Positions 8,509 through 15,699 of a stretch of DNA of 64,000 bases are shown piece after piece; within the stretch, counting starts at the first letter, position 1; each line of letters opens with the position of its first letter. The notes beneath the pieces are model-generated. The model was not told the DNA's origin. It searched no databases and was given only the letters and a program-made list of their open reading frames with translations. The DNA is from Deltaproteobacteria bacterium (GTDB lineage Bacteria; Myxococcota_A; UBA796; SXON01): contig BJHF01000017.1 of the NCBI GenBank assembly GCA_014191855.1, positions 5,255-69,254 of the forward strand, given 5' to 3'. The position numbers were made by a program, and so were the translations under genes.

Positions 8509-10911
8509 ATGCGGTTGTTCGCGCTCTCGCCCCTGTTCACCCTGCTCGCGGCCTGTGACACCGGCGGCTTCACCCCGGAAGAGCGCCGCGAAGACACTGC
8601 AGACACGGCTGACTCCGGCGATACGGGCTTTGATCCGGGGGATGACACCGTCGGCCCCGCGCTGCCCGACTGCACGGCGACGACCGGTGACGGCGACTAC
8701 GTTGCGCTCTCGGGGGTGGTGTTGTTGCCCGATGGCGCAACGGCCGGCGTCGTCGTGTACCAACGGAGCACCGGCCTCGTCACCTGTGCTGGGGCAACGT
8801 GCGATACCTCCCGGGCGAGCGTCGTGTGCACCGAGGGCGTGATCAGCCCGGGGTTGATCGATCCGCACAACCACCTCCAGTACAATTCCCTGCCCCGTTG
8901 GGAGGTCCCCGCCGAGTTTGAGGACCGCTACGACTGGCAGGGCGATGATCGCTACGACGACTTCAAGGATGCCTACAACGACATCGAAGACGCCTACAAC
9001 TGTGAGATCATGAAGTGGGCGGAAGCCCGCGAAATCGTTCACGGAACTACCTCGGCGGTGGGCAGCTCCGGGAGCGGGTGTATCGACCGCGGCGTGCGGA
9101 ACCTCGATGAAGACGCGGACGCCAGCCACCTCGAGTCGTACGACCTCTCCTACAGCTCCGGCAACGTGGACAGCTCCATCGAGGACGGAGACGGTCAATA
9201 CTACAATGATAAGCTGGCTTCCGGCAGCCTCGACGCGGTCATGAATCATGTCGCCGAGGGTCGGGACGGCAACGTGCAGGGCGAGATCGACACGATGCTC
9301 GACGCCGGGATGACCGGCCCAGGGCAGGTTTATGTGCATGCAACGGACGCTTCGACGGAGCAGCTCGCGCAGCTCGGCGCCACGCAGACGGGGATCGTGT
9401 GGTCCCCGCGCAGCAACCTCGTCTTGTACGCGACGACGACGCCGATCGAGATTGCCGATAACCTGGGTGTGCCCTGGGCGATCGGCAGCGACTGGACGCC
9501 GAGCGGCAGCATTGGGCAGCCGGCTGAGCTGGCCTGTGCCGAAGCGTGGCTGGCGGGGAAGGGGAGCCCGTTCTCGGACGTAGACCTGTGGCGAAAAGCG
9601 ACCGAAGACGCGGCGAGGTTGGTCGGTGCCGACGGCGTGCTCGGCGTGCTCACCCCCGGCGGCGCCGCCGACATCGCCGTGTTCGACTACAGCCCGACGC
9701 CGTACCGAGCGATCATTGGCGCGGATGAGGCGTCCGTACGGCTCGTAGTGGTGGCCGGGGAAGCGGTGTACGGGCGGACGGCTCTGGTGGAGCCGCTCGC
9801 GGAGAACGTAGCTTGGTGCGATACGATCGACGCGTGCGGGGAGTCGCGCAGCTACTGCCTCAAGGATGGAGAGAGCGGCGACAACGCCGACACGCTCGCC
9901 GAGGTGGAAGCCACCCTTGAAGCCGCACTTTCGGCGCACTCCATGCCGTCCGGCTACGAGTACGCCGGGGAGCTGTTTGGCCTGTACGCGTGCGCGGACG
10001 AGCGGAGCATCTGCGACTTGCGCGAGCCCGCGAGCGGCGATGACGACGGCGACGGCGTGGCCGACAGCGGCGACGTATGCGCGGGGATCTACGACCCGAA
10101 TCAGTGGGACACGGACGGGGACGGGCTCGGCGATAGTTGCGACGAATGCCCGATGGTTCCCGGCACGGACTGCGAGCTGGACGTGAACGACGTGGACGGC
10201 GATGGTACGGCGGATGACGTGGACAACTGCCCTGGCGTCAACAACGATCAGACGGACACCGATGGCGACGGCGCGGGGGACGCGTGCGACGCCTGCCCGG
10301 ACGAGCCCAACCCCGACGGCGGCGGCTGCACCGCCACCGTGTACGACCTGCGTACTGGCGTTTTCCCTGACCTGTCGCCGGTTTCCATCGAGGGCGTGGT
10401 CGTTACCGCGATTCGCGCGGGGGCGGGCTTCTTCGTACAGGTTCCGGGCGCGACGGAGTACGGCGGCATCTACGTGTACGACGGCGGCGACAACGTCGTG
10501 AGCGTGGGCGACCTTGTCACGGTTTCCGGCACGTACACCGAGTACTACGAGATGTCCGAGTTGACGGACGCGACCGCGACGATCACCGGCGTTGGCGAGG
10601 TGCCGGCGCCGCTGGCCCTCGACACCTGCGCGGTCGCCGCCAACGCGGAGCCGACGGAGAGCATGCTCGTGACCTTCAGCAACGCTCGCGTGACGGACGA
10701 GAACGCCGACGCGGACGCCGGTGTGGACACGCCGGACTACGATGAGTACGTCGTGGACGAGTGTCTCCGCGTGGACGACTTCCTCGACGAAACCCTCGAT
10801 CAGCCCGCGCAGGACACGCTGTTCAACACGTTGACTGGCGTGATGATCTATAGCTTCGACAACGTGAAGTTGGCCCCTCGCGGGACTTCGGACCTTGAGG
10901 TGGCGATCTGA
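8509..10911 (+). CDS. Amidohydrolase-family lipoprotein with TSP3 Ca-binding repeats and a C-terminal OB-like domain
   Basis: The real start is ATG 8509 inside ORF 7741..10911 (MRLFALSPLFTLLAAC lipobox). Metal-binding motif PGLIDPHNHLQYN. TSP3 repeats DDDGDGVADSGDVC...WDTDGDGLGDSCDECP...DVDGDGTADDVDNCPGVNNDQTDTDGDGAGDACDACP. Confidence 0.8.
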   Translation: MRLFALSPLFTLLAACDTGGFTPEERREDTADTADSGDTGFDPGDDTVGPALPDCTATTGDGDYVALSGVVLLPDGATAGVVVYQRSTGLVTCAGATCDTSRASVVCTEGVISPGLIDPHNHLQYNSLPRWEVPAEFEDRYDWQGDDRYDDFKDAYNDIEDAYNCEIMKWAEAREIVHGTTSAVGSSGSGCIDRGVRNLDEDADASHLESYDLSYSSGNVDSSIEDGDGQYYNDKLASGSLDAVMNHVAEGRDGNVQGEIDTMLDAGMTGPGQVYVHATDASTEQLAQLGATQTGIVWSPRSNLVLYATTTPIEIADNLGVPWAIGSDWTPSGSIGQPAELACAEAWLAGKGSPFSDVDLWRKATEDAARLVGADGVLGVLTPGGAADIAVFDYSPTPYRAIIGADEASVRLVVVAGEAVYGRTALVEPLAENVAWCDTIDACGESRSYCLKDGESGDNADTLAEVEATLEAALSAHSMPSGYEYAGELFGLYACADERSICDLREPASGDDDGDGVADSGDVCAGIYDPNQWDTDGDGLGDSCDECPMVPGTDCELDVNDVDGDGTADDVDNCPGVNNDQTDTDGDGAGDACDACPDEPNPDGGGCTATVYDLRTGVFPDLSPVSIEGVVVTAIRAGAGFFVQVPGATEYGGIYVYDGGDNVVSVGDLVTVSGTYTEYYEMSELTDATATITGVGEVPAPLALDTCAVAANAEPTESMLVTFSNARVTDENADADAGVDTPDYDEYVVDECLRVDDFLDETLDQPAQDTLFNTLTGVMIYSFDNVKLAPRGTSDLEVAI

Positions 10912-11726
10912 TGCGGTGGATCTTCCTTGCGACGCTGGTCGCGTGCGACTCCGAGCCGGCGGCGCCCTCGCCGGAGCCGGCCCCGACCGTGGTTGACCCC
11001 GCGCCCGCGTCGACGCCCGCGCCCACGCCCGCTGCGGCGAGCACCCACCCGGACGCGCCCCGGGTTCCGGCCCGGAGCAAAGACCGGCTCGCGGCACGCC
11101 ACATCCTCGTCGCGTATGCGCAAGCGATGAAGGCGAAGCCGGAGATCGTGCGCACCCGTGAGGAGGCGCGGGCTCGCGCGGCAACGCTGCGCGAGGAGGC
11201 CCTGGCCCCCGGCGCCAACTTCGCGGCCTTGGCCAAGAAGAACAGCGACGATCCGACGGCGAGCCGCGGCGGCGATCTCGGCTCGTTCGCGCCTGGCAAG
11301 ATGGTCAAGGCGTTCGAGGACGCGGTGGCGGCCGTGCAGGTTGGCGAGGTCACGCCGGTGGTGGAGACGCCGTTCGGGTTCCACGTGATCCTGCGCGAGG
11401 AAGTTGTGGAAGTTCACTGTGCGCAGTTGATGGTCGGCTTCGCCGGCGCGGAGCGGGCCCTGCCCGGCGCGACGCGCAGCAAGGACGATGCGCGCAAGCG
11501 GATCGAGGCCGCCAAGGCGGATCTCGCCGAGGGCAAGCCCTGGGAGGGCGTCGTGCGCGCCTACCACGACGGTCCAACCAAGGAAGATGGCGGCGATCTC
11601 GGCTGGTTTGCCCGGAGGCAGCTCATGCCGACGCTCGACGAGGCCGCGTTCGATCTGGACATCGGGGCCACCTCCGACGTGATCGAGTCGCCCGCCGCGT
11701 TTCACCTGCTCCGCCGCCTCGAATAG
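10911..11726 (+). CDS. Parvulin-type peptidyl-prolyl cis-trans isomerase lipoprotein (two rotamase domains)
   Basis: Lipobox LVAC. The rotamase motifs are GGDLGSFAPGKMVKAFEDAV...TPFGFHVI and GGDLGWFARRQLMPTLDEAAF...SPAAFHLL. ATGA overlap with the upstream stop. Confidence 0.85.
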   Translation: MRWIFLATLVACDSEPAAPSPEPAPTVVDPAPASTPAPTPAAASTHPDAPRVPARSKDRLAARHILVAYAQAMKAKPEIVRTREEARARAATLREEALAPGANFAALAKKNSDDPTASRGGDLGSFAPGKMVKAFEDAVAAVQVGEVTPVVETPFGFHVILREEVVEVHCAQLMVGFAGAERALPGATRSKDDARKRIEAAKADLAEGKPWEGVVRAYHDGPTKEDGGDLGWFARRQLMPTLDEAAFDLDIGATSDVIESPAAFHLLRRLE

Positions 11727-12608
11727 ATGCGCCCGGGGGAGCCGAGCCGCACGGCGCAGTGGGTTGCGTTCGCGCGGGGACTCGCGCAGTACGAGGCCCC
11801 TGCGATCGCGCAGGACCCGCTCGCGATCGAGCTGCTGGGCTCGTGGTACGCGGGCGGTTTGCGCGCCGCCGCCCTGGCCCCCGCGGCGACCCGGCTGCTG
11901 ATGCGGGTCGGGGACACGGTGACCGGCGGCCGCAGCCGGTTCATGGCCTACCGCACGCGAGTGCTCGACGACGTGGTCTCTGAGGCTGCGGCGAAGGGGA
12001 TCGACCAGCTCGTGATCCTCGGCGCAGGGCTCGACGCGCGCGCGTGGAGACTGGGGGATTCGGTCGCTGGGATGGACGTATTCGAGGTTGACCACCCCGA
12101 CACCCAGGTGTACAAACGCGAGCGACTCGGGGACCGGCCGCCCGACGCGCGCTCGGTAGTGTTCGTGGGCGTGGACTTCGAACACGACGCGCTCGACGCG
12201 AAGCTGCTGGCCGCCGGCTTCGATGCCCGGCGACCCGCGGTTGTGCTCTGGGAGGGCGTCGTGATGTACCTGCCCGCCGAGGCGATCGACGCGACGCTGC
12301 GCACGCTCTGCGGCTTGCTCGCCCCTGGTTCTCGGCTCGCGATCAGCTACTCGCGAACCGGGGAGGGGTCGGGCGCGTGGCTTCGCACCGCGCTCGGCGT
12401 GGTGGTTGCCGCTGCGGGCGAGGTGTTCCGCCATCACGAGGAGCCGGCGGCGATGCGGGCGCGCGTGGAAAAAGCGGGCTTCGCCGTGCTCTGGGACGAA
12501 GGGCATCCGGACTGGGCGCCGCGTTACTGCCACCGAGATCAGCCCTGGGACGTGCAGCGGATCGTGCTCGCGGAGCGCACCGGCGAGGTAGGGGGCGAGG
12601 GTGCGTGA
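11727..12608 (+). CDS. Class I SAM-dependent methyltransferase (TIGR00027 / leucine-carboxyl-MTase-like)
   Basis: RTAQWVAFARG...DPLAIELL...RTRVLDD...QLVILGAGLDARAWRL...VFEVDHP...VVLWEGVVMYLP. Confidence 0.8.
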   Translation: MRPGEPSRTAQWVAFARGLAQYEAPAIAQDPLAIELLGSWYAGGLRAAALAPAATRLLMRVGDTVTGGRSRFMAYRTRVLDDVVSEAAAKGIDQLVILGAGLDARAWRLGDSVAGMDVFEVDHPDTQVYKRERLGDRPPDARSVVFVGVDFEHDALDAKLLAAGFDARRPAVVLWEGVVMYLPAEAIDATLRTLCGLLAPGSRLAISYSRTGEGSGAWLRTALGVVVAAAGEVFRHHEEPAAMRARVEKAGFAVLWDEGHPDWAPRYCHRDQPWDVQRIVLAERTGEVGGEGA

Positions 12609-13260
12609 GATCGCGATCGCTGTGGACGGTCCTGGCAGCTCCGGAAAGGGCACGGTGGCGCGTCGTGTGGCTGAAGTGCTCGGCTACCAGCTCGTGGACA
12701 CGGGGACGATGTACCGGACCGTCGGGCTCTTCGTGTTGCGGGCGGGGGAAGACGTGAGGGACGAGGCGGCGTGCGCGCGGATCGCCGCCTCGATCCAGTT
12801 TCGCTTTGCGTTCGCCGGCGGCGCGCTCTCCATCGAGGCGAACGGCGAGGACGTGAGCGCAGAGATCCGGGGGGAGGCCGTCGGTGCGGCGGCCTCCGCG
12901 GTGGCCGTGCATCCGGGCGTCCGCAGCGCGCTGTTGGGGCTGCAGCGCTCGCTGGCGGGGCACGGGGGCGTGGTGATGGACGGTCGCGACATCGGTACGG
13001 TCGTGCTGCCCAACGCGGAGCTGAAGATCTACCTCGATGCTTCGCTCGACGAGCGCGCGCGCCGCCGTTGGAAGGAGCACGAGGAGCGCAGCTTCGAAGC
13101 GGTGAAGGAGGAGCTCGCCGCGCGGGACTATCAGGACACCCACCGCGCCGTCGCTCCCCTGCGATGCGCCGACGATGCGATCCGGATCGACAGCACCGGC
13201 CTCACCATCGAGGCCGTCGTGAAGCACATCGTCGCGCTCGCCCGGGCGCTTCGCGCGTAG
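12601..13260 (+). CDS. cmk: Cytidylate kinase
   Basis: IAVDGPGSSGKGTVARRVAEVLGYQLVDTGTMYR...GGVVMDGRDIGTVVLPNAELKIYLDAS...RARRR. Confidence 0.9.
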   Translation: MREIAIAVDGPGSSGKGTVARRVAEVLGYQLVDTGTMYRTVGLFVLRAGEDVRDEAACARIAASIQFRFAFAGGALSIEANGEDVSAEIRGEAVGAAASAVAVHPGVRSALLGLQRSLAGHGGVVMDGRDIGTVVLPNAELKIYLDASLDERARRRWKEHEERSFEAVKEELAARDYQDTHRAVAPLRCADDAIRIDSTGLTIEAVVKHIVALARALRA

Positions 13261-14679
13261 ATGCTGTTCATCAGCGACGAATTCTTCGTCTTCCTGGTGC
13301 TCGCCCTCCTCGGCGCCGCGGTCGCCCCCAGCGCGCGCATCCGGGTGTGGCTGCTGGTGGGGTTCTGCGTGTGGTTCTACGCGAGTTGGAGCCTGCCGTT
13401 CATGGGGTTGCTCGCGGCGAACATCGTCGCCGACTACTTCCTCGCGCTCGGCATCCACCGCTCCGGCTCGGCCTTGCGCCGCTGCGTGATGGTCACTGCA
13501 AGCGTGACGATGAACCTCGGCATGCTGGGCGTGTTCAAGTATGCGGGGTTTGCGGCGAGCACGACCAACGACGTGCTCCACCTGCTCGGCACCGGCGTGG
13601 CGCTCCCCGTGCCCCACCTGCTCCTGCCCCTCGGGATCTCGTTCTACGTGTTTCAGGCGATCTCCTACACGGTGGACGTGTACCGGGGATTGCTTGACCC
13701 CACCCGCAACCTCCGCAAGCTCGCCACCTTCATCCTGTTCTTTCCCCATCTGGTGAGCGGTCCGATCGTGCGCGCCGCCGAGATCCTCCCGCAGCTCGAC
13801 CGGCTTGAACGGCCACCGACGCTGGACGACCTCACCGCCGGCGCGAAGGACTTTGTCATCGGCTTCGCGCGGAAGGTCGTGTTTGCCGATGCTTTTGCCC
13901 AGCTCGCGGACGCGACTTTTGACCACACTGCGGCCTACGGGAGCCTGAACCTGTGGATCGGGCTGTTCGCCTACGCGCTTCAGATCTACTTCGACTTCTC
14001 GGGCTACTCGCAGATGGCCGTCGGTCTGGCGCGGATGTTCGGCATCCACTTTCCAGACAACTTCGATAGCCCGTACATCGCGCGCTCGCTCCAGGAGTTC
14101 TGGCGGCGCTGGCACATCTCGCTGAGTCGGTTCCTCAGGGATTACCTGTACATCCCCCTGGGCGGCAGCCGCCACGGCACCGGGCGAACCCTGTTCGCGA
14201 TGTCAGCGACGATGCTCATCGGCGGTTTCTGGCACGGTGCGAACTGGACCTTCGTGGTGTGGGGGGCGATCCACGGTTTTGGCCAGGCCGGCGCGTGGCT
14301 CTATCGGGAGCGTTTTCGTACGGCGCACGCCGCGTTCTGGGATAGCCCGCTGGGGAACTTCGCCGGTTGGACGCTCACGATGACGACGGTGATGGTGGCC
14401 TGGGTGTTCTTCCGCTCGCTCACCCTCGGCGCGAGCGTCGACTACCTCTCCAGGATGTTCGCCGGTGAAGCTGGAACGGCGACCCTCGGGGTCAGCTCGC
14501 TCCAGTTCGGGCTGTTTGGGGCCGCGGTCGCGCTCCATCTCGTTGCCTACTTGCGGCCACAGGCCCAAGTTCCATGGCCGAAAGCTCCGTTCTTGCAGGG
14601 GCTCGCCGTGGGAGCAGCCTATTTCGGGTGCGTGGCCGTGAAGCAGGCGGATGCGCCGTTCATCTACTTCAACTTCTGA
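13261..14679 (+). CDS. MBOAT-family membrane O-acyltransferase (AlgI/DltB-like)
   Basis: Polytopic protein with GISFYVFQAISYTVDVYRG, FFPHLVSGPIVRA, FWRRWHISLSRFLRDYLYIPLGGSR and FWHGANWTFVVWG (the conserved His). Confidence 0.9.
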   Translation: MLFISDEFFVFLVLALLGAAVAPSARIRVWLLVGFCVWFYASWSLPFMGLLAANIVADYFLALGIHRSGSALRRCVMVTASVTMNLGMLGVFKYAGFAASTTNDVLHLLGTGVALPVPHLLLPLGISFYVFQAISYTVDVYRGLLDPTRNLRKLATFILFFPHLVSGPIVRAAEILPQLDRLERPPTLDDLTAGAKDFVIGFARKVVFADAFAQLADATFDHTAAYGSLNLWIGLFAYALQIYFDFSGYSQMAVGLARMFGIHFPDNFDSPYIARSLQEFWRRWHISLSRFLRDYLYIPLGGSRHGTGRTLFAMSATMLIGGFWHGANWTFVVWGAIHGFGQAGAWLYRERFRTAHAAFWDSPLGNFAGWTLTMTTVMVAWVFFRSLTLGASVDYLSRMFAGEAGTATLGVSSLQFGLFGAAVALHLVAYLRPQAQVPWPKAPFLQGLAVGAAYFGCVAVKQADAPFIYFNF

Positions 14680-14700
14680 CTTCGGATAGGAGCCCGCGCC

Positions 14701-15693
14701 TTGCCTCGCGTCCTCCAGTTCCTCGCCGGCCTCGCCGTGGCGCTCGTCGCGCTGCCTGCGGCCGTGTGGTGGACCATGTCCGTTCACGAACCGTTCTGCC
14801 CATGGGAAGAGGCGTTTTGGGACGGGGACCTGCCCGCGGGGGAGGGGGAGGTGAGGGGGCTCCTCCTCGGCAGCAGCCGCACCGGCGCCGATGTGGACCT
14901 CGTGGCCCTCGCCGCGGGCACAGGCTTCGCCTGGCAGCGCCTCGCGCGGCACACGTTGAGCGGGAACTCGCTGGTTCCGACGTACCCGGAGCTGCTCACC
15001 GCGTCGGACGCCGCAGCCGGCCTCGACGTGCTCTTCATCGAGGTTTCCCCATTGTTGTTCGATGAGGTGAGCTGCGGGAGGGCGCCGATCCCGCACGTCG
15101 CGATGCAGCCGCAGTGGTTCGGGGCGGCGGTGGCGTTGGGCATCGAGAACCGACCGAGCGCCATGGCGGTGACGATCCTGCCGCATCGGTGGCTGGCCGG
15201 GAGCGGGCGGCGCCACGATCTGGTGGAGCACCTGAAGGCACCGGGGCACATGCTCGCGGCCGTGGCGGACCTGCGTCACGGCACGCGAGGTCGAATCCCC
15301 CGTTGGGTCGGCGAGCCCGCGCCGCCGCTCACCGCAGCAAACGCCAAAAATCGCCGGGAATTCCTGCTGGGTCGGCCACTCGCCGCGTGGGTGCCGAAGG
15401 TGAACACAGCGTGCCTCGCCACCCTCGAAGCGGTGGTCCGCGTCGCCGCCGCCAAGCGCACGTTTCTGGTGATGTTGCCGATGCGGGGGATGCTTCGGGA
15501 TACGGTGGAGCCTGAATATTGGAGCGCGGCTCGCCTCGCGTTGAGGGACTCGGCCGGGCGGCTGCCCCGCACCGCGATGCTCGACTTCACCACGCGCTTC
15601 GACGATCATCCCGAATCCTTCAACGACTTCGACCACCTCACCGCCGAAGGTGCCACCGCCTTCACGGCCGAGCTCGTCGACCTCTTCCAGTAG
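14701..15693 (+). CDS. Membrane-anchored hypothetical protein, possible SGNH/DltD-like partner of the MBOAT enzyme
   Basis: TTG start followed by an N-terminal TM segment (LAGLAVALVALPAAVWW). GLLLGSSRTG resembles SGNH block I, and DFDHLTAEG resembles block V (DxxH). The function is inferred mainly from position after the MBOAT gene. Confidence 0.55.
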   Translation: MPRVLQFLAGLAVALVALPAAVWWTMSVHEPFCPWEEAFWDGDLPAGEGEVRGLLLGSSRTGADVDLVALAAGTGFAWQRLARHTLSGNSLVPTYPELLTASDAAAGLDVLFIEVSPLLFDEVSCGRAPIPHVAMQPQWFGAAVALGIENRPSAMAVTILPHRWLAGSGRRHDLVEHLKAPGHMLAAVADLRHGTRGRIPRWVGEPAPPLTAANAKNRREFLLGRPLAAWVPKVNTACLATLEAVVRVAAAKRTFLVMLPMRGMLRDTVEPEYWSAARLALRDSAGRLPRTAMLDFTTRFDDHPESFNDFDHLTAEGATAFTAELVDLFQ

Positions 15694-15699
15694 GACGCC

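Noticed and set aside
8464-11184. 906-aa minus-strand ORF opposite the amidohydrolase and PPIase genes
   Set aside because: It is an Arg/His/Val-rich shadow ORF with no motifs, and the + strand carries clear HxH amidohydrolase and parvulin motifs. For the same reason I rejected 10848..12653(-), 12343..14175(-), 14203..15636(-), 15850..18306(-), 18368..20110(-), 26004..27035(-), 26743..27969(-), 28607..30178(-), 31225..32358(-), 33524..35410(+), 33528..35201(-), 40824..42665(-), 44791..45648(-), 45964..46824(-), 53957..55825(+), 57450..58091(-) and 63153..63968(-).
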